Assembly: GCA_942492095.1 (NCBI GenBank) | Contig: CALODC010000009.1 | Coordinates: 45,066 to 109,065 of the forward strand | Length of the DNA stretch: 64,000 bases | Direction of reading: 5' to 3' | Source of the DNA: an uncultured Flavobacteriaceae bacterium | GTDB taxonomy: Bacteria; Bacteroidota; Bacteroidia; Flavobacteriales; Flavobacteriaceae | Part shown: positions 45,969 to 55,298 of the stretch, one piece after another | Numbering within the stretch: the first letter of the stretch is position 1 | How the letters are laid out: each line of letters starts with the position of its first letter | The notes under the pieces: generated by a model | What the model saw: only the letters and a program-made list of their open reading frames with translations | Told to the model about the DNA's origin: nothing | The model's database searches: none | Position numbers and translations under genes: made by a program

Positions 45969-47948
45969 TTGATCGCAAAAAATACTATAGACCAGGTCTA
46001 CGAAACTGCCCGTGTAGAGGAGGTTATTGGCGATTTTGTCAATCTTAAGAAGTCGGGTTCCAACTACAAAGGCCTCAGTCCTTTTACCGATGAGAGGTCT
46101 CCCAGTTTTATGGTTTCGCCTGTAAAGCAGATCTGGAAAGACTTCAGTAGTGGTAAAGGGGGAAATGTGGTGGCTTTTTTAATGGAGCATGAACACTTTA
46201 CCTATCCGGAGGCCATAAAATATTTGGCCAAAAAATATCAGATCGAGGTAGAGGAAACAGAACAGAGCAACGAACAAAAGGAGCAGGCCAATGAACGGGA
46301 GAGCCTCTACCTGGTGTCGGAATTTGCGCAGGGGTATTTTGCAGACATCTTGTGGAACACTCAGCCGGGAAAGGCAATTGGACTCAGCTATTTTAAGGAA
46401 AGGGGATTTACGGAAGATACTATTCGCAAATTTGGTCTGGGATATGGGCTAGACGAATGGGATTCCTTTACAACCCACGCGCTGGAGAAGGGTTATCAGC
46501 TCAACTTTTTGGAGAAAACAGGGCTCAGCATTGTAAAAGAGGATACGTCACGACCGGGCCAAACCAGAAAATTTGATCGTTTTAAAGGAAGGGTTTTGTT
46601 TCCGATCCATTCTTTAAGTGGCAGGATACTGGGCTTTGGAGGCCGAATTCTCAGCAGTGATAAAAAGGCTGCCAAGTATGTGAATTCGCCCGAAAGTGAT
46701 ATCTATCATAAAAGTAAGGTCCTTTACGGGATCTATTTTGCAAAACAAGCCATCGCCAAAGAAGACAACTGTTTTCTCGTGGAGGGGTATACAGACGTTA
46801 TTCAGCTACATCAGCGGGGAATACATAATGTGGTTGCTTCCAGTGGTACCGCACTGACCCCGGAACAGATCCGGATGATTAATAGGCTTACCAGGAATAT
46901 CACGGTATTGTTCGATGGGGACGCCGCCGGTTTACGGGCATCTCTTCGAGGTATAGACCTCATTCTGGAACAGGGAATGAATGTGCGAATTTGCACTTTT
47001 CCTGAGGGGGAAGATCCGGATAGTTTTGCAAAGAATAATTCCTTCGAAGAAGTAGTGCTGTATCTGGAAGAACAAGCCAAGGATTTTATACAATTCAAGA
47101 CTTCTCTGCTTGCTGAAGATGCCGCAAATGACCCTATCAAAAAAGCAGATACTATTCGCGATATCGTGGGGAGCATTGCCAAGATTCCGGATCGTATAAA
47201 ACGCGAACTGTATATTCAGCAGTGTGCTGCTACGATGAATATTTCAGAAGCAGTCTTGTTTAATACCCTGGCCCAGATCAGTAAAAAAGCATACACCGAG
47301 GCTAGCAAACAAAACAAGAACGAGCAAAAGGCCTTTGAGGTGATCCGTGAGGTTCCCAGAGAAACCAAGGTAGATGTACAATACGAATTAGAGCGTAAGA
47401 TCATTGAGATATTGCTACTTTATGGGCGAGAAGAGCAGCAGTTTGAAGACCTGGTACTAAAAGAGAATGAGGCAGGTGATCTTGTACTGGAACCCGAATG
47501 TATTGAAGCAAAAGTGTATGAAAAAATCTACTTGGACCTGCAGGAAGATGAGATCGAAATGACGCACGAGCACTTTAGAAAGATTTATTACAGCCTGATG
47601 GAATCTCTCAATGAAAAAGAAGATTTCACCATTGCATCTTTTTTAAATGAGCTAGATCAGGAATTGGTGAATAACATTTCATCCATTTTGATGGAAGAAG
47701 AAAAATATACGCTCCATAACTGGGAGAGCAAAGAAATTTATCCCAAAGAAAAAGGCACTTCTGTTGGGCAATTAGTAAGTGAAACCATTCTTACCCTGCG
47801 CTGTTTTCTTATCAAGAAAAGAATAGATTCCTTACAACAAGACACCGAAGATCAGACCGATGATAACCGGGAGGTTTTGGAAGAGATCGTGAATTATTTG
47901 CAATTAAATAAATTGTTGAGCAGTAAGTTAAATCGAGTTTTGTCTTAA
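45969..47948 (+). CDS. dnaG: DNA primase
   Basis: Zinc-finger region KGLSPFTDERSPSFMVSPVKQIWKDFSSGKGGN and a TOPRIM domain (LVEGYTDV, LFDGDAAG). TTG start. Confidence 0.93.
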   Translation: MIAKNTIDQVYETARVEEVIGDFVNLKKSGSNYKGLSPFTDERSPSFMVSPVKQIWKDFSSGKGGNVVAFLMEHEHFTYPEAIKYLAKKYQIEVEETEQSNEQKEQANERESLYLVSEFAQGYFADILWNTQPGKAIGLSYFKERGFTEDTIRKFGLGYGLDEWDSFTTHALEKGYQLNFLEKTGLSIVKEDTSRPGQTRKFDRFKGRVLFPIHSLSGRILGFGGRILSSDKKAAKYVNSPESDIYHKSKVLYGIYFAKQAIAKEDNCFLVEGYTDVIQLHQRGIHNVVASSGTALTPEQIRMINRLTRNITVLFDGDAAGLRASLRGIDLILEQGMNVRICTFPEGEDPDSFAKNNSFEEVVLYLEEQAKDFIQFKTSLLAEDAANDPIKKADTIRDIVGSIAKIPDRIKRELYIQQCAATMNISEAVLFNTLAQISKKAYTEASKQNKNEQKAFEVIREVPRETKVDVQYELERKIIEILLLYGREEQQFEDLVLKENEAGDLVLEPECIEAKVYEKIYLDLQEDEIEMTHEHFRKIYYSLMESLNEKEDFTIASFLNELDQELVNNISSILMEEEKYTLHNWESKEIYPKEKGTSVGQLVSETILTLRCFLIKKRIDSLQQDTEDQTDDNREVLEEIVNYLQLNKLLSSKLNRVLS

Positions 47949-47994
47949 AAGAGAATTAGACCGTGTAGGCCCATACAGTAGATGATATAAAAAA

Positions 47995-48022
47995 ACCCAC
48001 TGGAATTTCAGAGGGTTTTTTT
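47995..48022. terminator. Bidirectional terminator between dnaG and the response regulator gene
   Basis: A-run, then ACCCACTG ... CAGAGGGT (one A-A mismatch), then a T-run to 48022. Confidence 0.5.
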
Positions 48023-48039
48023 AAGTTTGGTTATTGAGC

Positions 48040-48669
48040 TTAGTATAGTTCGAGGGCCTTTGCCTGTTGCAAGAGGTCCACAAGGTTATCTACATTTAAT
48101 TTTTTCATTAAGCGCGACTTATAAGTACTGACGGTCTTTTCGTTTAAATTAAGTCCCTCGGCAACGTCTTTATTGCGTTTACCACTTGCGAGTAGCTTCA
48201 GTACCTCAACTTCCCTTGTAGAAAGTTTCCTGAAAAACCTGCGTTGTTTTTGAGTTCCTTCATCGAAGGCTAAACGCTGTGCCAGTTCATTGGTTATAAA
48301 CATCTTGCCCTCACCAACTTTTTTCACGGCACTTATCATATAATCTAATTCAGAGGTTTTAGATAGGTATCCAAAAGCACCCGCTCTAATGGTGCTCAAG
48401 GCGTACACATCCTCCGATTGACCGCTATAAATAAGCACTTTTACTTCCGGAAATTCTTTCTTGATCTTTCTTAAGGTAGCAATACCATTGATCTCGGGGA
48501 TGTCCATTTCCAGAATTACAACATCCGGGACGGCCTTAGTTAAAAAGTTGAAAAGTTCATTGGTGGTAGACACATCTCCTAAAACTTCGAAATCTGGAAC
48601 AGTATTGAGTACTTCTTTAATTCCGAGACGCACAATGGGATGATTGTCGGCGATTAAAATTTTGATCAT
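48040..48669 (-). CDS. NarL/LuxR-family response regulator with an atypical receiver domain (Glu at the phospho-acceptor position)
   Basis: REC + LuxR HTH (LSTREVEVLKLLASGKRNKDVAEGLNLNEKTVSTYKSRLMKKL). Acidic pair is DN (D8 N9). The canonical Asp is replaced by E54 in VVILEMDIPEING. Conserved Ser (LIYSG) and Lys (GYLSK) are present. Confidence 0.88.
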   Translation of the reverse strand: MIKILIADNHPIVRLGIKEVLNTVPDFEVLGDVSTTNELFNFLTKAVPDVVILEMDIPEINGIATLRKIKKEFPEVKVLIYSGQSEDVYALSTIRAGAFGYLSKTSELDYMISAVKKVGEGKMFITNELAQRLAFDEGTQKQRRFFRKLSTREVEVLKLLASGKRNKDVAEGLNLNEKTVSTYKSRLMKKLNVDNLVDLLQQAKALELY

Positions 48670-48834
48670 TAGTCGGTTTTTTCTTGATATTATGCGATGG
48701 TTTTACGCACAACCCTAGCATGCAATGTAAGGTTTTAATATCTAATTTCTATGGCAAAACTGTAATTTTTTTATGGTTTTTCTATAGTTTGCCACCAACT
48801 AATCGTTTTAAGTACTTGATTATCAGGTAATCGG

Positions 48835-49623
48835 TTATTTTAGAGTAATAGGAATCTTACAAATAGGTATAGGAATCATCTTATGTTTATTAGCGGAATT
48901 ATACTTTTTATATATCTGGAAAACCTCGGCCTCTCTGTTTTCGAAGTCGTGCACATGCTTCCCTTTTGCCTCCTGAGCCATGGCCCATTCTAATTCCGGA
49001 TAGGATGCTCCAATCTGGTCTTCGTCTGTTCTATGATCACCCCATAGTCCGTCTGTGGGAGGTGCCATAAGGATCTCCTTGTGTACCCCAAGAAATGAAC
49101 CTACTTCATAGACCTCTGTTTTGAGCAAGTCTGCAATAGGACTAAGGTCTACACCACCATCCCCGTACTTGGTATAAAATCCGATTCCGAAATCTTCAAC
49201 CTTGTTACCCGTACCGGCTACCAGATATCGCAGTAAGGCGGCAAAATAATACAAGGTGGTCATCCGTAAACGGGCTCTTGTATTGGCCAGAGACATATGA
49301 CGTTCATCTTCATTATCTACTGTCGGTAAGGCAGCTACTAATTGATCAAAAACTGGGGTAAGATTAACGGGCTGACTGCTAACGTTTGGATAGTTTTTTT
49401 GCAACCATTTAATATGATTAGCTGCCCGTGAAACCTGGTTCTCTCCCTGATGAATTGGCATTTCAATACACAAAAGGTCCAACCCGGTGCGAGCGCATAA
49501 GGTAGAGGTCACTGCAGAATCTATGCCTCCGGAGACGCCAATGACAAATCCTTTCATTTTGGCATTGATGGCATACTCCTTTAACCATTCAACAATATGA
49601 TCTACTACTTTATCTGTTTGCAT
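48835..49623 (-). CDS. nadE: NH3-dependent NAD+ synthetase
   Basis: PP-loop SGGIDSAV, 262 aa, conserved YGDGG. Confidence 0.92.
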   Translation of the reverse strand: MQTDKVVDHIVEWLKEYAINAKMKGFVIGVSGGIDSAVTSTLCARTGLDLLCIEMPIHQGENQVSRAANHIKWLQKNYPNVSSQPVNLTPVFDQLVAALPTVDNEDERHMSLANTRARLRMTTLYYFAALLRYLVAGTGNKVEDFGIGFYTKYGDGGVDLSPIADLLKTEVYEVGSFLGVHKEILMAPPTDGLWGDHRTDEDQIGASYPELEWAMAQEAKGKHVHDFENREAEVFQIYKKYNSANKHKMIPIPICKIPITLK

Positions 49624-49717
49624 GTTCCAACTTATTTAATTTGAAATACTGTAACTTTGGCCCCGTAAAAATAACCTCTGCAAACGTAATATTAAAGCAG
49701 TTAAAGGATAACTTTTC

Positions 49718-50680
49718 ATGTACAGAAATACAGCATTGATAATTTGCATGCTTTGCCTGCTTAGTTCCTGCAAAAAGGAGAAAGAAATACAAGCCGATAT
49801 TGCCAAACAGTCGGTAGAATTAAAAGTACTTCGATTCGACAAGGAGTTTGCTGCTGCCACGCCAGATAATTTATCCAATATCAAAAGTAAGTACCCCTAT
49901 TTCTTTCCGTCCCAGTACACCGATAGCATTTGGATAGCCAAAATACAAGACAGCTTACAAATAGAATTAAGGGAGGCGGTAGACAGTGCTTTTTATGATT
50001 TTAAAGAAGAACAGGAAGAGATCACCATGCTCTTAAAACATATTGTGTATTACTTCCCTACCTATACTATTCCAACCGTGGTTACCCTAACCACAGAGGT
50101 AGATTATGAGAACAGGATCATCCTTACAGATTCCCTTTTACTGATAGGGTTGGACAATTATCTGGGACAGGATCATCGGTTTTATAAAGGAATTGATCGT
50201 TATATTTCCAAGGGGCTAGACAAGCAGTATCTGGAAAGCGATATTGTAAGTGCTTTGTCCAAAAAAGTTATCTCTTTTCCACGAGACAGGTCATTTTTGG
50301 CGCAGATGGTATATTATGGGAAAGAACTTTATCTGAAGGACCTTTTGATCCCCTGGCAAACCGATGGGCAAAAAATTGGTTATGATACGGACCAACTTAG
50401 CTGGGCTCAGGCCAATGAAGAGCAAATTTGGCGCTACTTCGTGGAGCGCGAACTTTTGTACAGCACAGACCCTAAGTTAGGTCCGCGTTTTCTCGATCCG
50501 GCACCCTTTTCCAAATTCAGGTTAGAACTAGATAATGAATCGCCCGGAAGGCTGGGGAGATATATTGGTTGGCAGATCGTCAGAGCCTTTATGGAAAAAA
50601 CCGAACTCCCTGTGGAGCAATTATGGAATTTACCGGCAGAGACCATTTTTAAACAAGCAAACTATAAACCTAAGAAATAA
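49718..50680 (+). CDS. gldB: Gliding motility lipoprotein GldB
   Basis: Lipobox LLSSC, about 320 aa, in the nadE-gldB-gldC arrangement described for Flavobacterium johnsoniae. Confidence 0.8.
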   Translation: MYRNTALIICMLCLLSSCKKEKEIQADIAKQSVELKVLRFDKEFAAATPDNLSNIKSKYPYFFPSQYTDSIWIAKIQDSLQIELREAVDSAFYDFKEEQEEITMLLKHIVYYFPTYTIPTVVTLTTEVDYENRIILTDSLLLIGLDNYLGQDHRFYKGIDRYISKGLDKQYLESDIVSALSKKVISFPRDRSFLAQMVYYGKELYLKDLLIPWQTDGQKIGYDTDQLSWAQANEEQIWRYFVERELLYSTDPKLGPRFLDPAPFSKFRLELDNESPGRLGRYIGWQIVRAFMEKTELPVEQLWNLPAETIFKQANYKPKK

Positions 50681-50684
50681 GACT

Positions 50685-51017
50685 ATGGCCCAGCAAAATA
50701 CTTCAGAAATAACCTTACGGATTGCCCTGGACGAAAATAGGATCCCTGAACAATTAACCTGGTCTGCACAGGATGGCGGGATAGATAATGAAGATGCCAA
50801 AGCCATGTTGTTGTCTGTTTGGGACAGTAAGAACAAGGAATCGCTGAAAATAGACCTGTGGACCAAGGACATGCCTGTAGACGAAATGAAGATCTTCTTT
50901 CATCAAACGCTGGTCTCCCTGTCCGATACCTTTATGAAGGCCACACAAGATGAAAAGATGACGGCAACTATGAAGGATTTTTGTGAGTATTTTGCGGAAA
51001 AACTGGAATTGAAATAG
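50685..51017 (+). CDS. gldC: Gliding motility protein GldC
   Basis: 110 aa starting MAQQNTSEITLRIALDENRIPE (ATG at 50685, not the ORF-track start at 50535). Lies immediately after gldB. Confidence 0.8.
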   Translation: MAQQNTSEITLRIALDENRIPEQLTWSAQDGGIDNEDAKAMLLSVWDSKNKESLKIDLWTKDMPVDEMKIFFHQTLVSLSDTFMKATQDEKMTATMKDFCEYFAEKLELK

Positions 51018-51037
51018 TTTCTTTTTCTGCTCCTCAT

Positions 51038-51751
51038 TCAATTTGCCATGGGCACTTCCATGAGCAGGATCTTGCTGCTGGCGTTTATTTCAAAGGTGAC
51101 GGTGTCAGCTTCCCAAATTCCTAACCCATCTCGTCTGTTTAGTATTTCATCTCCCACCTGGCAAGTACCTTCCAGCAAAAAGACATACAGGCCATTTTCC
51201 TTATTCTTTAGGGTGTAACTCACGGAGTTACCTTCAGAAAATTCTCCCAGGTGAAACCAGGCTTGCTGATGGATCCAGATTCCGTCATCGCCGGGGTCCG
51301 GAGAAATGATCTGCAGAAATTGGTCTTTAAGCTTGTCTTTTTCTAGCGTAATCTGGTCATAGCGGGGCGTAACATTTAATTTATTGGGAAGTACCCAGAT
51401 CTGCAGAAACTTTACTTTTTGATCCCGGTTCTTATTCCGTTCGCTGTGACTAACGCCTGTTCCTGCGCTCATAGTCTGAATATCACCTTCCCTGATCACG
51501 GCGGTATTTCCCATACTGTCACTGTGTTCAAGATCTCCCTCCAGGGGAATAGAAATGATCTCCATATTCCGGTGCGGATGTTTTCCAAACCCCATGCCGG
51601 GAGCAACTTCATCATCATTCAGCACGCGTAAGACCCCAAAATTCATGCGGGAAGGGTCGTAATAATTCGCAAAACTAAAGGTGTGATAGCTTTTGAGCCA
51701 TCCGTGATCTGCCTGGCCTCTGCTGGAAGCCCTGTGTATTATTTTTTGCAT
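51038..51751 (-). CDS. Pirin-family (bicupin) protein
   Basis: MQKIIHRASSRGQADHGWLKSYHTFSFANYYDP and GFGKHPHRNMEIISIPLEG (the Pirin HxH...E metal site). Start at the ATG at 51751. Confidence 0.88.
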   Translation of the reverse strand: MQKIIHRASSRGQADHGWLKSYHTFSFANYYDPSRMNFGVLRVLNDDEVAPGMGFGKHPHRNMEIISIPLEGDLEHSDSMGNTAVIREGDIQTMSAGTGVSHSERNKNRDQKVKFLQIWVLPNKLNVTPRYDQITLEKDKLKDQFLQIISPDPGDDGIWIHQQAWFHLGEFSEGNSVSYTLKNKENGLYVFLLEGTCQVGDEILNRRDGLGIWEADTVTFEINASSKILLMEVPMAN

Positions 51752-51857
51752 GTATGTGTCATTTATTTGAACCTTTGGTCGTAAGGAAGCCAACTTCCTT
51801 TCGTCTATCTTTGTAATGATCCTCCATAGTTTTAAGACCACCTAAAAATCGGAAAGA

Positions 51858-52232
51858 ATGGCCACAGATGCAATAGAGAAATTGATATTTATCTACAATG
51901 CGGATACTGGCCTAAAGAATGGCTTGTTCGATATTGCGCATAAGATATTTAATCCCAGTACCTATGAATGCCGTCTGTGTGAACTAACATTCGGAACGTT
52001 CAGAGAAAAAAGGCTTTGGAAGAATTTTCGTTTGGAACATACCGTTCAAATGGAGTTTTTGCATAAAGATGAGTTCCTTAAGACTTACGCCTCTAAATTT
52101 ATGCCTGCTTATACCTTTCCAATTATTCTGGAAGCTACCGCGCATGATCTGGAGATCTTTATGACCACTAAGGAGCTCAAGGCAATGTCCGATACTCAAG
52201 ACCTTATAGCAGCCATCAATCAAAAGTTTTGA
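51858..52232 (+). CDS. Hypothetical protein (124 aa) with a CxxC motif
   Basis: Clean ATG ORF with YECRLCELTFG. Divergent from the pirin gene. Confidence 0.55.
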   Translation: MATDAIEKLIFIYNADTGLKNGLFDIAHKIFNPSTYECRLCELTFGTFREKRLWKNFRLEHTVQMEFLHKDEFLKTYASKFMPAYTFPIILEATAHDLEIFMTTKELKAMSDTQDLIAAINQKF

Positions 52233-52274
52233 ATTACATTATTTTACAAAAGTAGATGAACCTCCCTGTGGAGA

Positions 52275-52892
52275 TCAGTGGGTTTGTTCCTGATAGAAAT
52301 CCTTATTGATCTGGTCTATATAGGCGAGTATCTCATCCCTGCCCAGGGATTGGGTGGAGGAGGTGATAAAATGAGGAGGGGCCTCTTCCCAGACACCATT
52401 GGTCATGGCAGAAAGATAAGCCGCTGCCTCTCTTTGAATGGCCTTGGGTTTAAGCTTATCAGCTTTTGTGAAAATAATGGAAAAGGGGATAGCCTGTTCC
52501 CCTAGCCATTCCATGAATTTAAGATCGATGGGTTGGGGATCATGGCGTATGTCTACCAGCACAAAGGCGCTGAGTAGCTGTTTTCGTTCCAGGAAGTAAT
52601 CGGTAATGTATTTTTGAAAAGTCTTTTTGTCTTTTTTGGAGACCCGTGCATAACCATATCCCGGTAAATCTACCAGGAACCAATTATTATTGATCTTAAA
52701 ATGATTGATAAGCTGTGTTTTTCCGGGTCTTCCCGATGTTTTGGCCAGGGATTTACGATCAGTCAACATATTGATAAGGGAAGACTTCCCCACATTAGAC
52801 CTGCCTATAAAGGCGTATTCCGGAATTGGATCTGCCGGGCATTGGGCAACATTGGTATTGCTAACTACAAAGTCGGCCGACTTAATTTTCAT
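52275..52892 (-). CDS. yihA: Ribosome biogenesis GTP-binding protein YsxC/EngB
   Basis: G1 GRSNVGKSSLIN, G3 DLPGYG, G4 TKADK. Confidence 0.92.
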   Translation of the reverse strand: MKIKSADFVVSNTNVAQCPADPIPEYAFIGRSNVGKSSLINMLTDRKSLAKTSGRPGKTQLINHFKINNNWFLVDLPGYGYARVSKKDKKTFQKYITDYFLERKQLLSAFVLVDIRHDPQPIDLKFMEWLGEQAIPFSIIFTKADKLKPKAIQREAAAYLSAMTNGVWEEAPPHFITSSTQSLGRDEILAYIDQINKDFYQEQTH

Positions 52893-52904
52893 GACGTAGT
52901 ACCC

Positions 52905-53669
52905 TTAGAAATTTCGTTTCTCCAGCCATTTTTCGAGCACCTCATTGAATTCATTAGGGTGCTCCATCATGGGTGCGTGCCCACATTCATTGATCCAGAA
53001 AAGGTCCGAATCGGGGAGGAGTTCATGAAATTCCTTGGCGACATTAGGAGGTGTCACAGAATCGTTTTCACCCCAGATGATGCAGGTGGGTGTATGCATA
53101 TGGGGCAGGTCCTTGGACATATTATGACGAATGGCACTTTTGGCAATTGCCAGCGTCTTTACAAGTTTCATGCGGTCATTTACCGTTGCGAAAACTTCAT
53201 CTACAATTTCTTTGGTTGCCACGGCAGGGTCGTAAAAAACGTCCTGTGCCTTCTTTTTTATAAACTCGTAGTCGCCTCGTTTTGGATATCCATCTCCCAT
53301 GGCACTTTCGTAAAGCCCTGAACTACCGGTAATTACCAGGGCTTTAACCATATTGGGATAGAGCTTTGTATGCAACAGGCCTATATGGCCACCAAGGGAA
53401 TTACCCAGCAAGATTACGTCTTTCAGGCCTTTGTGTTCAATAAAGCGTTCCAGGAATTTTGCAAAATTCTTGACATTGGTCTTAAGCATGGGCATGCTGT
53501 AAATAGGCAGTTCCGGGACCAACACCTTATAACCTAACTGAGGAAAATGGTTGGTGACCCCTTCAAAATTACTTAAACCGCCCATCAGGCCGTGAAGTAT
53601 GATCATTGGCGTTCCTTCACCTACCTCGATATATCTGTATTTACCGTCGGTTCTAATGTTTTTCTCCAT
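52905..53669 (-). CDS. Alpha/beta-fold hydrolase
   Basis: HGLMGG oxyanion region, nucleophile elbow GNSLGG, and the C-terminal His in CGHAPMMEHP. Confidence 0.85.
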   Translation of the reverse strand: MEKNIRTDGKYRYIEVGEGTPMIILHGLMGGLSNFEGVTNHFPQLGYKVLVPELPIYSMPMLKTNVKNFAKFLERFIEHKGLKDVILLGNSLGGHIGLLHTKLYPNMVKALVITGSSGLYESAMGDGYPKRGDYEFIKKKAQDVFYDPAVATKEIVDEVFATVNDRMKLVKTLAIAKSAIRHNMSKDLPHMHTPTCIIWGENDSVTPPNVAKEFHELLPDSDLFWINECGHAPMMEHPNEFNEVLEKWLEKRNF

Positions 53670-53861
53670 ACAGGACAGCTTCAGTTGTCAGTTGGCAAAT
53701 ATAGGCATTATCCTCTTATGCCGCCATTTAATTGAGTGTTCGCCCGTTGATTTTCTGCCCCAGGGCATTTATTATCCCTTTACCTATAGATGCGGAGATA
53801 TTTTTTCAAAGCCGCTGAATTACTTTTTCTGAGTCCAAAAGTTGTAAAATTTATGAACAAA

Positions 53862-53905
53862 GTGGTAATTTGTGGTAAATAGTGGTAATAATTTCTATAT
53901 ATTTG
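53862..53905 (+). promoter_or_regulatory. mraZ promoter region: three GTGGTAA direct repeats (MraZ boxes) plus a -7 box
   Basis: GTGGTAA at 53862-53868, 53872-53878 and 53882-53888, with exact 10-bp periodicity. TATATTTG (53898-53905) matches TAnnTTTG, 30 nt upstream of the mraZ ATG. Confidence 0.65.
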
Positions 53906-53934
53906 AGTTTATATAGAAGACCAACCAGATTTAA

Positions 53935-54399
53935 ATGATCAGTTTCATTGGAACATATGATTGTAAGGCCGATGTAAAGGGCAGGGTGATGATCCCTGTG
54001 ACCCTAAAGAATCAGATGGCCCCTGTGATCAACAAGGGCTTCGTTATAAAGCGTTCTGTGTTTCAGCCATGTTTGGAACTGTATCCAATGGAAGAATGGC
54101 ATTTGCTGATGCAGAAGATGAACAAGAAGAACCGCTTTAAGAAAAAGAACAACGATTTTATAAGGAGGTTTTCGGCTGGTGTAAAACCAGTAGAGATCGA
54201 CGGTACCGGCCGTTTACTCATTCCAAAAAACCTAATCGCCATTGCGGGGATAACTAAGGAAGTGGTCTTGAGTTCAGCCATTAATATAATTGAGATCTGG
54301 GATAAGGATAGCTATGAGAAAGTATTGGATGAAACCGCTGAGAATTTTGCGGAATTAGCGGAAGAGGTAATGGGTGATGATGGTGATGAAGTATCATAA
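53935..54399 (+). CDS. mraZ: Transcriptional regulator MraZ
   Basis: Two SpoVT-AbrB/MraZ repeats, including DVKGRVMIP and DGTGRLLIP (DxxGR motifs). Confidence 0.93.
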   Translation: MISFIGTYDCKADVKGRVMIPVTLKNQMAPVINKGFVIKRSVFQPCLELYPMEEWHLLMQKMNKKNRFKKKNNDFIRRFSAGVKPVEIDGTGRLLIPKNLIAIAGITKEVVLSSAINIIEIWDKDSYEKVLDETAENFAELAEEVMGDDGDEVS

Positions 54400-55282
54400 G
54401 CCTGTATTGTTGAAGGAGTCTGTTAAAGGACTTGCCATAAAGGAAAATGGCACCTATGTAGATATCACCTTCGGAGGTGGAGGGCATTCCGCAGAAATAT
54501 TAAAGCAGTTGGGAAGCGAAGGCAGACTGGTTGCATTTGACCAGGATGAGGAAGCGATCGATAATGAAATAGATGATGAACGATTTACGCTGATCAATGA
54601 GAATTTTCGATTTGTTGGTCAGTTTTTGAAGTTCTATGGCATAAAAAAGGTAGATGGGATCCTCGCAGATTTTGGGGTTTCTTCACATCAGTTCGACAGC
54701 GCCGAACGGGGGTTTTCTACTCGTTTTGAAGCTGAACTGGATATGAGGATGACCAGGCGCAACGAGCTATCGGCTTTTGAAGTGATCAACCAATACGAAC
54801 ACAAGCAACTTAGAAGAGTGCTGTTTGAGTACGGGGAGCTAAGAAACGCAGAGGCCATGGCCAGTGAAATTATTGCAGCTCGGGAAAAAGAACCAATCAA
54901 AACTTCATCGGCATTGAAGGAGGCGTTAAAAAGGTTTTTACCAACCCATAAGGAGCATAAGATATTGGCTCAGATCTTTCAGGCCATCAGAATAGAAGTG
55001 AATCAGGAGTTGGAGGCAATAAAGGAGTTTTTGATACAAACACCTCAGTTGCTAAATAAAGGTGGAAGACTAAGCATTATAAGTTACCATTCATTAGAAG
55101 ATCGTTTGGTAAAACGCTTTATACAAATGGGAAAGTTTGAAGGAGAGGTGGAAAAGGATTTTTACGGTGCACCACTCACTCCTTTTAAAAAAGCAGGGAA
55201 TTTGATAGTACCGGGAAAAGAGGAAATAAAACTGAACAACAGGGCACGCAGTGCAAAACTAAGAATCGCAGAACGCATTTAA
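54386..55282 (+). CDS. rsmH: 16S rRNA (cytosine1402-N4)-methyltransferase
   Basis: MKYHKPVLLKESV, YVDITFGGGGHS, DFGVSSHQFD, SYHSLEDR. Confidence 0.93.
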   Translation: MKYHKPVLLKESVKGLAIKENGTYVDITFGGGGHSAEILKQLGSEGRLVAFDQDEEAIDNEIDDERFTLINENFRFVGQFLKFYGIKKVDGILADFGVSSHQFDSAERGFSTRFEAELDMRMTRRNELSAFEVINQYEHKQLRRVLFEYGELRNAEAMASEIIAAREKEPIKTSSALKEALKRFLPTHKEHKILAQIFQAIRIEVNQELEAIKEFLIQTPQLLNKGGRLSIISYHSLEDRLVKRFIQMGKFEGEVEKDFYGAPLTPFKKAGNLIVPGKEEIKLNNRARSAKLRIAERI

Positions 55283-55298
55283 AGAGTATAGCAGCAAT

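Noticed and set aside
52701-53321. 206-aa ORF on the + strand, and similar long antisense ORFs (919..1419 -, 40515..40901 -, 41763..42218 -, 25001..25333 -, 33434..33730 -)
   Set aside because: They lie entirely antisense to well-supported genes (engB/hydrolase, sulfhydrylase/Rrf2, queA, rlmN, DoxX, tyrA). They have low-complexity or odd composition and no motifs. They are shadow ORFs.
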